Positions 11,401 to 24,034 are shown, counted from the whole stretch's first letter. The stretch is DNA of 63,258 bases, filler included, from Octopus bimaculoides (GCF_001194135.2; 8 parts of 8 records of this genome joined end to end with filler, not necessarily neighbours in it), one strand, 5' to 3'. The notes: generated by a model not told the origin, from the letters alone. Made by a program: numbers and translations.

Positions 11401-14305
11401 ACGAAATATGAACCAAATCTACTGCAAATAACATCCGTCGGTCTTAAAAATGGAATGACATGTCTTTAGGTTTCATAATGTTTTTCTGAGGGAAAGAAAT
11501 GTAGGAGAGTCATGGCTGGACTGTCTTTGATCATATTTATGCTCAATTAGAATTGTCCTGGGTCTAAATACCAATATATGTTTACTACTTTTTATGAACT
11601 GCTGAAGTTTGAACCCTGTATTTACATTAAAGAATGTGGAAGAAGCCTTGCTCGTCTCTCAAGGCACAATATTCACCAAATTCCCATGACAATATAACCA
11701 ATGTTTCCTCTGAACTGTGCATGTTTGTTCACAGGTATTATGCAATCAGTGTTCAAAGGATATTAGCAAAAAATATATTAAATACTTTTGTTAGAATCAG
11801 ATGGCTGGTTTATTGATTCATGGAAATGAATGGCAAAACTTAGTGCTATATTGAAGTAGTTAAAATGATAATCAAAGTAGCTCATATGTGGATTGTTTAG
11901 AAACAAGTCAGAACTAATAAAGTTGATCTATGACTGAAGACATTCCATTCATGTCCATCTCATTTTTTTTTTCTTTTCTGTGTACTTCTAAGCCATTATC
12001 TAATGTAACCATAACCCACTTTAAAAAAAAAAAAAAAGATGCAAGGATGCAGTCTGAAGATGACTGTAGTTTATAGCAAGTCAAGCAACCATTTAGAGGC
12101 TTCCCTCATAGGCTCAAGAACAGATGGTAGAGTTAATAGCCAACAGCTTATTCATAAAAATGGATAAGCTATTGGCTATTTCTATGATGTAATTATCATT
12201 ATGATATAACAATCAGATACTAATTTTCAGTTAGACCACTGCCTATTCACTGAAAATAGATATTATGGTGCAGTACTTCTCACTATAAGCAACAATGACA
12301 TTGTAAAATTAATATGTCTAGGATATTCAGTACCAAGTCAAATTCTTTCAGTTGGAGAAGCAGAGGAATCTAACAAGATAACCTCCTTCAGATATACTAA
12401 CAACAATTTTCAGAGATACCTACTATAATCTTCAATAACCTTATAGGGTACCCTAAGAAATGAGTCAGATATCTTTAACACAGTATAGCAATGTAGTTTT
12501 TAGTAGCCATGATATACAATGTTAACATCATTAATTAGTACATCATGTTTTTTTTTCATGTTTAGGCCATTAAACGTTTATCAGAACATGGATAGCCATC
12601 TTCATTATTCTAAAATTTGTTCATCAATAACCTGCTCCAAAATTTATTGTTAAGTTCTGAAGATAGAATGTGAAGGTACCTTAACCCACCTTCAGACAAG
12701 ATGATCATATAGTTCGTCTCATTAATCACAGAGGATTAGACTTCTTAATCCTTCTACAACCCAGAAAGCAAACAGAGGCAGTGAGATATCAGAAAAGTGA
12801 ACCATTTGGAGGTGGGGAAGGAGAAGGAAAAAAGATCATCTACATCACTTTGCAAATTCCTAATGTTTTAAGGATATTCAGGTTAAACAAAGATGATGAT
12901 GTCCTCGGAAAGAAAAGCAAGTAATAGTATGATAATAATGTGCCAATCTTGTTCATACGGTCAATGTTTTGAGAAAAGGAATACTAATGAGCAAAAAGTA
13001 AACTTTTGATGATAACATTTCATACTTTGTAAATAGAATTGCAAACATTTCACTGGACCTTCTTAATGATTATAAAGTTTAGAACATACATTCCCAGAGC
13101 TCCAATCATACACAGTCAGATGTTGCCTCTCAATTTTTGAAAGAACACTCATAAAAACAATAATTCATGAAAATGAGCTCAAAATTTGTTAAGCCAGCTT
13201 ATGGTATTCTTGACAAATGTTTTACAGGGGACTCTATGGTCATGTTAATAAACAAAATGCTTTTTTTTTTCTTTTTTGTAAAAGTTGAGAAATGAAGTAA
13301 ATAAAGACAATAGTCTGCCATAAGAACTATATGGCAGGATTCAGAAATTCCCTCAATATCAATTAATAGTTAAAATAGTTGCTCAGGAAACCAATGTCAT
13401 TCAATAAGATTAGTCATGGTACTACAACTTCTAAGGTAACACATAATTTGTAAAAGTTCATTTATAGTTTTGATAATTTTTAATATATTAACATAAGTTT
13501 CTTGTTTAGTCATGACCTTGTCACCTAATAAGTTTAGATTTTGATACTGTTACATCTCTTGGGAGTTGAATTGTATTTGATTGCCCAAATATGGAGAGAG
13601 AACAATCAGTTGACCAACTTTGAGGACATCAATTTGTGCTTCTTTTTCTTTATATATACACTCAGGTACAAATGCTTTCAATATCAAAATCTCTGCATAT
13701 AACTCCAGATATTTAGTAAAGAAATGGTCTTAGATATAAGTTCTCATTAATTTCTTCAGTGATCTTGTGATTTATGGCACCAGTCAATCATTCTCTTTGT
13801 AGCATGTAGGGACTACTATATATGAATAATATAAAGCAACCTGTGTACCTGAACCTTCAGAATTATGGCCTCAATACTACTGAAGCAAGTTCCATTCAGG
13901 ACCTGTAAGTTCGTTAATTTAGTCCTTCAACAATCATATAGAACTATTCAAGCACTTGGATGAATTTCCTGTGCAATGGTCAAATCTCACATCTACAAAA
14001 GCCTTGTCTGAGTTCACTGTATCAATGGTTCAGCATACAAGAATGCATGAAAACCAATACGAGCTAGCAGTATTGTTACAAATTATTTCTTTGCCATAAG
14101 TATCATCAAACATTTAAACCTCAAAAGAGTTAGAAACTGTCAACAATGAGTAGTTGAATGCCATTGACTGTGACTCCATGTGTTGAACTCAAAATTGAAT
14201 TCAGAGTAGATTCAAGGCCATACATACATTTCTATATTTAAGAGATGAGGAATTATTTACATTATTTACATTTGACGGATATTTGTCCTCATCTTGTTTG
14301 TTGTT

Positions 14306-14351
14306 AACACAACGTTTCAGCTGATATACCCTCCAGCCTTCGTCAGGTGTC
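14306..14351 (-). ncRNA. Minimal type-I hammerhead ribozyme candidate (core intact)
   Basis: GACAC-CUGACGA-A-GGCUG-(GAGGGUAUAU)-CAGCU-GAA-ACGU-U-GUGUU: stem I GACAC/GUGUU, stem II GGCUG/CAGCU, palindromic ACGU stem III, GUU cleavage triplet, one extra A after the CUGANGA box. Confidence 0.65.
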
Positions 14352-14564
14352 TTGGGGAAATTTTGAACCTGGGTTCTCATTCCTAACGATGCTACTATTA
14401 TTATATTATTATTATTATTACTATCATTAATCAGGTCGCTGCCGTGAATCGAACTCGGAATCTTGGGGTTAGTAGCCCGCGCTCTTAACCACTAGTAATA
14501 ATAATAATAATATAATAATAGTAACATCGTTAGGAATGAGAACCCAGGTTCAAAATTTCCCCAA

Positions 14565-14610
14565 GACACCTGACGAAGGCTGGAGGGTATATCAGCCAAA
14601 ACGTTGTGTT
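14565..14610 (+). ncRNA. Second hammerhead copy, core mutated (GAAA to AAAA)
   Basis: GACACCTGACGAAGGCTGGAGGGTATATCAGCCAAAACGTTGTGTT. Stem II is perfect, but the conserved G12 is A. Confidence 0.55.
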
Positions 14611-15266
14611 AACAACAAACAAGATGAGGAAAAATATCCATCAAATGTAAATAATGTAAATAATGTAGATTCAAGGCCAGTCTTGTTAAGACAGTGATAC
14701 AAAAGAATAAAAGACAGAAAATTTGGACAGCCTCTCTATAAAGATCTTCAGATTGGATTATCTGCACCATAAAAAGAGTAAATGCAGTCATTGACAAGAA
14801 CAATCACTTTTTGAGCAGCTCTATATATAATAGGTCTTAGTACTCATACATATTACATTTGATTTAAGAAATTATCTAGTCTGTATAAGAATACCACTTA
14901 GTCAATATCCTATTGGACACAAGAGCGAAACTGTTGAAAAAAAATAAATTAGATAATTCAAGGTATCAACAAGCATAGAAAAACCACTTTAGTCAATTAT
15001 ATCATCAAAGATAAAGCAGCTGCTATGATTGAATTCCAGAGGCATCTGAAGACTGCCAGCATGATCCAAAGAATTCTATGAACAATGTCAAAGAAATATA
15101 TTCGGCTGCTCAAGAAAACAGCTCAACACTTCTTAATACTTTTTTTTTACACCTGCCTCACTAAGATAGTTTCATTAGCAGTGTTTAAACTTGGCTTAAA
15201 TGTAACGAGATTATATAACCACACTAAATCGTTTTGATGCTTACCCACCTGATACAGACTTCTAAT

Positions 15267-15640
15267 TTAATTCTTTTGGTATCAACCTGCCTGAGGCCAC
15301 TCCTGGTTCTATGGTACAAACTTTTGTTTTAAAATGTTCTAAATTAAAACCTTCTGTTAAAATTTTATGTGAATTTCTATTCCAGATACCAGTTTAATAA
15401 TGACCAAGTTATTTTTCCAAGTTCATCATTTTCATAGCTAATAGAAACAAAGGCAGTTTATTTCAACAGAAATATGACAAAGGGATAAAGGGATCTAAAT
15501 TAAAACCTTCCATTAAAATTCCATATTAAGGGCTAAACATCAGCTCAATCATCAAAGTTATTTTACTAAATTCTTTGTTATTTTCAAAACTAATTGACTT
15601 AAAAGCAGTGTATTTTAACAGGAATATAGTAAAGAAAGGG
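15267..15640. mobile_element. Degenerate piggyBac-type MITE plus a tandem partial copy
   Basis: TTAA-TTCTTTTGGTATCAACC...ACAAAGGGATAA, then a second half-copy ending AAAGGG. Same family as 22524-22748. Confidence 0.6.
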
Positions 15641-15708
15641 TTTTTTCACCAAATTATAAGCATCACAAAGCTATCACTAAGTACTCCTTGAACAGTTTCT
15701 CGTTCATA

Positions 15709-16081
15709 TGTTGGCATTCCATCGCTTACAACGTCGAGGGTTCCAGTTGATCCGATCAACGGAACAGCCTGCTCGTGAAATTAACGTGCAAGTGGCTGAG
15801 CACTCCAGACACGTGTACCCTTAACGTAGTTCTCGGGGATATTCAGCGCGACACGGTGTGACAAGGCTGGCCCTTTGAATTACAGGCACAACAGAAAGTA
15901 AGATTGAGAGAAAGTTGTGGTGAAAGAGCACAGCAGGGTTCGCCACCATCCCCTGCCGGAGCTTCGTGGAGTTTTAGGTGTTTTCTCTCAATAAACACTC
16001 ACAACGCCCAGTCTGGGAATTGAAACTGCGATCCTATGACCGCGAGTCCGCTGCCCTAACCACTGGGCCATTGCGCCTCCA
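15709..16081 (-). mobile_element. Full-length family C SINE
   Basis: Reverse complement of 7927-8305. TSD TCTC(G/A)TTCATA at 15698-15708 and 16083-16093. Confidence 0.9.
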
Positions 16082-17654
16082 CTCTCATTCATAACACAAT
16101 TGGTTAACAACAGAGCATCATGTCAGAACTGGATGAAGAAACAAACAAAGCTACCTAGTGCATTTGTGGCTATAATGGTGTGTTCAAGAAGCTACCATAG
16201 AACTGTATACTGTGAACAGTTTTCTTCCCACTCAAGTTGAATAAGAATTCTTTGATACGGAACATCGGAGGGAACATAAAAGAGAAATAACTAATGCAAT
16301 GAAAGGATATATTTTTTTTTAAATAATTAAAGAGGCAGCACTTCATCATGAAATTTCATACAAACTCCTTGTGATAATAATGAAACTTTTACGGACATTG
16401 AACAAATGACAGTACATAATTTGACTTCTTTTCGGAACCATGTATAAAAGATGTGCTAGAAATGATGGCTGATTTAAGAAGTGACACAAAACACCACTGT
16501 AAAAAACTCTGAAAAGTTCAATGGAATCACAAGAAAAAGCAGAAATAATTTTTTTCACCGGCACAGAATGTAGCTCCCACAAGTCAATAAGATCTATCAT
16601 AATAAATTGAATAATTTTCTTACAAATCAAGGGAATAGATGCCCAAGGGTTTCCTAACATGAACATTTTCTAGTAAAGAATACAAAGACATAACTTGTGG
16701 TAGTATATTCAATATTTAAGAACAAATCAATCAGACAGTGAGGCAGAATCACTTTCTGATTTACAGACTAATGAATCTTGTTCAGACGTAACTTTTCACA
16801 ACAAAAGGCAACTTAACATTTTCAGTATAAACTAAAGATGGGGAATATGGCAAGCCACAACAGTATTGGATAAAATACCTGGTGTATTTTGGCACTCTGT
16901 GCTCTAAGTTGAAATCCCATTGTGACCAACATTGCTCTTCATTCCTTTGGGGTCTATTTCTTTGCTTTCTCTCTCTTTCTCTTTGAATCAACTGTATGAA
17001 GTATCATAGAAAGGAGAATCCACATCAAAGACCCTCTAATCCTTTCACTACCACCTTGGTTACACAAAAAATATATACTTGTCTGATAATATATACACCC
17101 TTATCTTTAAGCCTTTATCTAGTGCCAAGACTGTTTCTCAAAAGGATCCTCTCAAAGGTGAGTCTTATCACTAAATATCAACTAATACATAACTAACGGT
17201 TGATAAATATTCCTAGCAGAAGAGGTTGGATACTCTCTGGACTTTTTCACATGTCTGTCGAAACAATCCTGCCACTTCAAACTTCTGTCTTATACCGAGA
17301 AATGATCTATCCAAGAGTACTATACTTAAGATTGTAGGTTTCAAAACAATGAGCATAATTCATAGATCAATCCCTTAAATCAGTAAACTACATCCATCAA
17401 TTTGCTGGTTTTGATTTATTTATGCATTAAAGTTTCCTCTCTACATCTGTCCTGATGTATTCAAAGCTGGTTCGCAACCTCAAACGAAATCTGAAATCAA
17501 TTCAATGACTTGTGATTTTTTGCAGTTTCTGTAAGGACACAAGTATCACTAGCCAAGTGCAAGGCATTATTCAAGACAATATTTTCTGATTTCTACAACT
17601 GTGATTAAAAGAGGAAAATTGTAGAAAGTTTATCTTAAAAGAAATAAATCTTTT

Positions 17655-18070
17655 TTATAGGCCTAAAATTTTAGGGGAGGAGGATAGCTTATTACATCAA
17701 CCCTCTCAGCGCTCAACTTTACTAGAGGCACAAGGCCTGGAATTTGAGGGGAGGGGGTAGTTGATCACATCGACCCAAGTACATGATTTGTACTGAATTT
17801 ACCAACCCTGAAAGGATAAAAGACAAAATCGACTTCGGCGGAATTTCAACTCAGAACATAGTGAAATACTAGTAAGCATTTTGCTTAGCGTGCTAATGAT
17901 TCAGCTGGTTCAATGCCTTAATAATAATAATTCTTTCTATTATAAAAGCATGAAGCCAAAAATTTTGCAGGAGGGGGCTAGTCAATTACATCAATACTAG
18001 TGCTCAACTGGTACTTATTTTATCAACCCTGAAAGAATGAAAGGCAAAGCTGACCTTGGTGGAATTTGAA
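17655..18070 (-). mobile_element. Cluster of diverged family A SINE copies
   Basis: Repeated ACCCTGAAAGGAT-AAAG-CAAA-TCGAC-TCGGCGGAATTT-AACTCAG cores. Confidence 0.7.
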
Positions 18071-18960
18071 AAGGATTAAAAAAAAAAAAATCAAGAAAAT
18101 TACTAAGATTCTCTACCCAAGGGAATTTGCTTAGACTCAAGTTCTCTCTTTCAACTTCATCTATAATCCATCTATCTCATCGTTCTTTTAATGCAAGATA
18201 ATCCCATCAACAACTCAGCAGAAGGACAAGGTGTACATCACTAGAAAACTAAACAGTTTATAGCACAAACTGTGATGTCTGGAAGAAAAGAATCCTTAGG
18301 TAGAAGCACAAAGATTGAGTTAAGTCAGGCCCACTTGTGTGGCATAGCAACTTCTAGGAATGCATTCCCTTATACCAAAAGATTAAAATAACAATAAAAA
18401 GAAGACAATGAGCTGTGATTAAAACAAATCATTAGCATAGCAACAAGACAATTTGTAAGTTAACCTCAAAGAATTGTCTAATTCGCATAAGACTTTGATT
18501 CAATTACTAAATTATTTGGCACACACAACATATGTATATACACATATATAAATGCTCACACTCATACACACACACATGTATACAAGTGATTCCTGCGGTT
18601 GTTTTTCCTTGCATACACAGCTTACAAAGCATCATTAGTTCAGAAGGTTGTGTTGTTATAATTTTTATACAAATATGTTTATCAACATATATTTATATCA
18701 TATGTGTATATACATATAAATACAAATGTGCATACACATACATATCAGGTGTTTATAAAATAACTTATATTTTTATTGGCTAATAATCTTAATCACTTAA
18801 TCGTGTTAACCATTTTGAAACAGCTGTTTAATAAGCAAAAAGCATGTATGTATGTATGTATATAGATAGGTATTATATATAAAAGCAATTTAACATTATA
18901 TTGAAGGATCACTCAATACTATTTAGTAAAATAAATATTAATTTTTACAAGGAAAGAGTT

Positions 18961-19017
18961 GACAGTGACTTCAAAGTTTCAGCTTATGAGCTGTCATCAA
19001 ACAGTCTGATGACAGCT
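18961..19017 (-). ncRNA. Hammerhead relic interrupted by an inverted repeat
   Basis: Minus strand UGAUGA-C-AGCU(CAUA)AGCU-GAA-ACUU(UG)AAGU-C-ACUGUC. The matching 5' part ACAGT-CTGATGACAGCT is on the opposite strand (19001-19017). Confidence 0.55.
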
Positions 19018-19394
19018 AGTAAATAAATTATTTTAACATATTCATATTCTAAGACTATGTCCTAAATCAAAAGTCCCTAACCGCATTTTATAAATTCAAT
19101 TAATTTCATGAATATGAAAAAGATATCAAGAAAACATGAGGCTGGTTCCAATGAAAAAAAAATGACACATGATAATTGCTAACACAGCACAATGACTCAA
19201 ACTTTTGGATAGTGATATAATCAATTATAGCTACCCTTCCTTCTTATTTTTCTGTAAATTCATAATTATTTTTCTTTGACCCCAGGAAGAATTTGAACTC
19301 AGACTCTAAAAGATCATAACTTCTGAAAGCCATTCTGTTCATTGCCCTAGCAGTTCTGTCAGTCCATTCCTCTCAATGATAATAATAATAATAA

Positions 19395-19833
19395 TAATGG
19401 TTTCAAATTTTGGCAAATGGCCAGTAATTTTAGGGGACAGGGTAAGTCAATTACACTGACCCCAATGCTGAACTGGTATTTATTTTATCAACTCTGAAAG
19501 GATGAAAGGCAAAGTCAACCTCGGCAGAATTTGAACTCAGAAAGTAAAGCCATATGAAATGCTGCCAAGTATTTTGTCTGGCATGCTAACAATTCTACAA
19601 GCTCACTACCTTTAAATAATAATTCTTTCACTATAGGTATAAAGCCTGAAATTTTAGGAGAGCAGGTAAGTCAATTGCCTTGATCTAAGCACTCAACTGG
19701 AACTTATTTTATCACCTTCAAAAGGATGAAGGTGAAAGTTCACCTTGATGGAATTTGAACTCAGAACATAAAGAGCCAGAAAAAATGACAAGCATTTGGT
19801 CCAATGTTCTACAAGCTCACCACAACAAACAGC

Positions 19834-19915
<82 letters not shown>

Positions 19916-20055
19916 TGCCAAGCATTTCGTCCAATGTTCTACAAGCTCGCCACAACAGCAATAATAATAATTGTAACAATAACAATAATTTCTAATACTG
20001 GAACAAGACCAGAAATTTGAAGAGAGAGACCAGCTGATTATATTGACTTCGATAC
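19395..20055 (-). mobile_element. Tandem diverged family A SINEs with an (AAT)n tract (~19836-19913)
   Basis: Several GGATGAAAGGCAAAGTCAACCTCGGCAGAATTTGAACTCAG cores separated by AAT runs. Confidence 0.7.
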
Positions 20056-20472
20056 TCAATTAATCAATATTATAAAACAAAAATTCACAGCTCCATTTTT
20101 TTGTTTGGATATGTGTGCATGTTTGCTGATTTATCTCTTTCTGCCATGCTATAGGAATGTGGAAGAGAAAGCAAAAGCTATACTGAGAGAAGTACTAAGA
20201 ATTATAAAAAGAGGTGAATTAATAGATAAATAGATGTGGGAGATTGAGAAAGAAAGAGAAACAGACAACAGTCAAGTAAAACAGGCAGTTAAATATAGGA
20301 AAGGATGAAAGAAAGAAGTGAAGGAAGAGATAGAACACGTAAGAAAGGAAAGGCGACAAGAAAAGAAAGGAGAAATATAAGAAACACAAAAGAAACAGAA
20401 GCTCAAAGTAAAAAGAACTGAAAAAAGACAAACAAACTCAAGAAGAAAATAGAGCAAGATATGAAATAAAGA

Positions 20473-20877
20473 TTAGGCTGTGTGGTAAGTAGCTTGCTTA
20501 CCAACCACATGGTTCCGAGTTCAGTCCTACTGCGTGGCACCTTGGCCAAGTGTCTTCTACTATAGCCTCGGGCCGACCAAAGCCTTGAGTGGATTTGGTA
20601 GACGTAAACTGAAAGAAGCCTGTCGTATATATGTAAATGTATATATATATATATGTGTGTTTGTGTGTCTGTGTTTGTCCCCCCACCCCACCCCCAACAT
20701 CGCTTGACAACTGATGCTGGTGTGTTTACGTCCCCGTAACTTAGCGGTTCGGCAAAAAGAGACCAATAGAATAAGTACTAGGCTTACAAAGAATAAGTCC
20801 TGGGATCAATTTGCTTGACTAAAGGCGGTGCTCCAGCATGGCCGCAGTCAAAATGACTGAAACAAGTAAAAGAGTAA
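20473..20877 (+). mobile_element. Full-length family B SINE
   Basis: tRNA-like head GGCTGTGTGGTAAG...GAGTTCAGTCC, then CACCTTGGCCAAGTGTCTTCTACTATAGCC, an internal (TA/TG)n, and tail AAGGCGGTGCTCCAGCATGGCCGCAGTC...GAAACAAGTAAAAGAGT. Other copies or fragments at ~6000-6240, 27005-27345, 27426-27660, 28905-29215, 30718-30835(-), 33370-33630(-), 33680-33890, 36310-36720(-), 43295-43510. Confidence 0.85.
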
Positions 20878-20884
20878 TTACTGA

Positions 20885-21128
20885 AAGATACTATGATAAT
20901 AACAATAATCTGCATAATTTTGACGGGTACTATGATAGTAATAAATAAACTCCATTTTTGACAGGTCTTATGGTAGTAATAAATAAATGTAATCGTTTTT
21001 GACAGGTACTATAGTAATGATAAAAAATAAACCCAGGTACTATGATAGTAATAAAAACCCCATTATTTTAACAGGTACTATTAGTAGTAAATAGGCTATC
21101 ATTTTTTAACAGATATTATGGTAATAAG
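20885..21128. repeat. Degenerate minisatellite (~30-45 bp units)
   Basis: About six copies of the core TTTTGACAGGTACTATGATAGTAATAAA. Confidence 0.7.
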
Positions 21129-21359
21129 AAAACAGAAAGACACATTTCATATATTAAAGTAAAAAGAAAAAAATAGAAAGAGAAAGTGTAACAAAGAGAC
21201 AGAGTGTCTAAAATAGTGAAAAAAGGCAACTGAAAAAACGAATTATTGATGCGGAGTGGAATAACTAATCACAGTAAACAGTAATATCAGCAATGCAGGG
21301 GATGGGGAGAGAAAGTTTTGTCCCTGTTTATAAAGATACTTGAAGGCAATTAAAACAGC

Positions 21360-21582
21360 TTAACCCTTTTGATACCAACCCGCCTGAAACCGCTCTGTAG
21401 TACAAATGTCTTGTTTTCAAAAGTTCTGAGTTAAAATCTTCCACCAAACCTTAGTCACAATTTATGTTCCTAACACTAGCTTAATGATAATGAAGTTATT
21501 TTACTAAATTCTTTGTTATATTTAAAATTAATTGAAAGAAACAAAGAGCATCTCAAAAGAAATACAGTAACAAAAGGGTTAA
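21360..21582. mobile_element. piggyBac-type MITE
   Basis: TTAA-CCCTTTTGATAC ... GTAACAAAAGGG-TTAA. Confidence 0.85.
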
Positions 21583-22523
21583 TGAATGATATTTTAGTTT
21601 GAGATATCAATGACTAAATATTCACACAGCAACTTGAAACAGAAATCTCCATCCCATTTCTGTTGCTATGAGCATTCCTTTTGCAGCATCTTTACTTGCC
21701 TGAATGAGCATTGTTTTCTAGAGAATTTGAATGAAACACTTGTTGGTTAATCTTCCAGGATTTTTGCTATTGTGTTTCTACTTCATATACCACACATATT
21801 CTTTTTGGATGTGTATTTTAACCAGAATGAATGGCTAGTATACCACTAGACTCCTATTCCTATTCATAATATTTCTGCTAATGTATGATGTCACAAATAA
21901 GGCTAAATGTTGAACCAATGAAGATGCAGAAGAAAGATTAAAATTAAGGGAGAGATTGAATTACTGAAGACACAGAGGAGAGTTTAAGATCTCTTGAAAA
22001 GAATATACTTTCAATGGATTCAAACTAATGTTCCAAACATAAGAATAGACTTGTCCTAAACCCAACACGGCAGACAAATAATACACACATGAAACATTCA
22101 TTATTTTCAATAGCAGAGTTGCATCATTTCATAACACTTACTCTAAAACAACTTTGAGGTTATAACTCCAAAAGTTTTAGCTCATTAACACTTCAATTTG
22201 ATCAAATGCAACACCATCTTGAAAGTAGCAAAAATTCATAAGATATAATATGCAAATTTGTAGTATTAAATTCCTACAATATGCAAATTAGGTAAAGCGG
22301 CCGCCAAATACACAAAGATTGAAATGCACACTTCTTTTATTATCTTGCCAGTCGATTTTGTAATTTCTTGCAGAAAAAGAAGTTTTATTCTGAGATGTCA
22401 ATGAACCATGCAATATCTTTAATTCAACAACTTAAAAGAGTGGAATGAAGTATTATTGACATAAATTTAAGACTTAAAGACTGATACTAGGAGAAAACAA
22501 TTTTTTCTGTTTTCTAAATCAAT

Positions 22524-22748
22524 TTAACCCTTTTGATTCCAACCCAACTAAGATTGTTCTTGGTTCTGTAACACTATCTTTCTGTTTAAAAGTGACCTAA
22601 ATTAAAACCTGTTAAAATTTCATGCTGATTTGTTCCAAACACTTGCTTAATAACGACAAAGTTATTTTACTGAATTCTTCATTGCTTCTAAAATTAACCG
22701 AAACAAGGTCAGTGTATTTCAACAGAAATATAATAGCAAAAGGGTTAA
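22524..22748. mobile_element. piggyBac-type MITE (same family as 21360)
   Basis: TTAA-CCCTTTTGAT ... AGCAAAAGGG-TTAA. Confidence 0.85.
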
Positions 22749-22958
22749 CAATAATATATGCATTGCAAATGACCAAAATTATATTTTACCATGATTCAAA
22801 TTATACAGATAACAATTCAACAAAAATTATTTTGCAAAACACTTTCAGCAAATTCCTCCTCCTTAGAGATAACACTGAACCACGGAATGACTATATATAT
22901 ATAAAAAAAAAACAATTTCCAGATTTAGTTATTCTGCAACTTTTGTTCTGGGCAGTAT

Positions 22959-23187
22959 TTAACCCTTTAGCATTTAAACCAGACATATCTGGCTCAAATA
23001 TTCTAACTGTTTTATGTTAAAACTGGACCTATCCAACCTCTTAAGCCTACCTGACAATTCTGTTCTAAAAATAATCAAAAGCATCATCCAAACCTCAAAG
23101 CTACAAGATAGTGCATGACTAATTCAAAACCAACGTCAATAAATAATCATTAGATTAGACAGAGCAAACTAAATGCTAAACGGTTAA
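22959..23187. mobile_element. piggyBac-type MITE, second family
   Basis: TTAA-CCCTTTAGCATTTA ... TAAATGCTAAACGG-TTAA (14-bp TIR, one mismatch). Confidence 0.85.
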
Positions 23188-23474
23188 AAGGCAATGTCTA
23201 GAAAATAACCCACCTAACGAGATCTAAAGTAGGTCATTATCAAAATAGTTTCTATCTGCCTGAGGGTGTCCATTTTACAGAGGATTTTCTTGTAATGTAA
23301 TAGGCTGCAAATAAGAGAATGAGCATTATAAATTCCAAACAGTTATGAATGTATGTAAATCCCATTTATTGCTCTATTTTCCCAGTGGGGCTCCCTTCTA
23401 GGATTTATTTTTCTGCTGGAGTAAATCACTTTTGGGAAGTAGAAGTTATTTTATAAACACCTATCAATCTTATA

Positions 23475-23481
23475 CACACAA

Positions 23482-23523
<42 letters not shown>

Positions 23524-23544
23524 NNNNNNNNNNNNNNNNNNNAC

Positions 23545-23591
<47 letters not shown>

Positions 23592-23882
23592 TACACACAC
23601 ACAAAAAAAAGATACACATACATTACTTACATAAATTTATGTATAACAAATATACACCCATATTATATAGATATCTATATATATATATACATACAACCAT
23701 ATACCTATATATATACACACTTATATACACACATATACCTCCATATATATACAAACACACCTATACATACACACAATGTGTGTATACACACATACATATA
23801 TACATACATGCACAATATACATATATGTATATTGTGCGTGCATATGTATACACACATATACAGTATTTGTATGCATACAATT

Positions 23883-23934
<52 letters not shown>
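23475..23934. repeat. (TA)n/(CA)n compound microsatellite
   Basis: Direct reading. Explains the YIYI/HTHT ORFs. Confidence 0.9.
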
Positions 23935-24034
23935 NNNNNNNNNNNNNNNNNNNNNNNNNNNNNNNNNNNNNNNNNNNNTTAATTAATTAANNNNNNNNNN
24001 NNNNNNNNNNNNNNNNNNNNNNNNNNNNNNNNNN
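23935..24034. other. Artificial scaffold-join spacer 44N-TTAATTAATTAA-44N
   Basis: Identical 100-bp spacers at 23935, 26564, 46207, 49921, 53729, 55959 and 62011. Confidence 0.95.

Larger units (their letters stand above)
14221..14664 (-). mobile_element. tRNA-headed element with inverted hammerhead-bearing (Penelope pLTR-like) arms
   Basis: 15-bp TSD GTAGATTCAAGGCCA (14206-14220, 14665-14679). ~145-bp inverted arms (~14255-14400 and ~14510-14664) with about 5 differences. tRNA-like core at 14433-14494 on the minus strand (TAGTGGTTAAGAGCGCGGGCTACTAACCCC...GAGTTCGATTCACGG). Confidence 0.85.
12200..17600 (-). mobile_element. Old, heavily mutated L1/Tx1-type LINE ORF2 carrying younger insertions
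   Basis: Motifs in the expected order on the minus strand: APE-like DTCVLTET (~17524-17547) and SGRIVSTD; RT-like RSL*RGCP (14724-14745), then HGVTVNG across the 14221-14664 insert; MFDDT (14099-14113); zinc-knuckle-like LCD**DELYDHL (~12700-12735). Spacing is compatible once inserts are removed. Read by eye, very degenerate. Confidence 0.45.

Noticed and set aside
14433-14494. Functional tRNA-Ser(ACT-like) gene
   Set aside because: 5' acceptor strand and A-box are truncated, there is no long variable arm, and it is embedded in a TSD-flanked insertion; treated as a SINE head. The same applies to the tRNA-like heads of families A, B and C.
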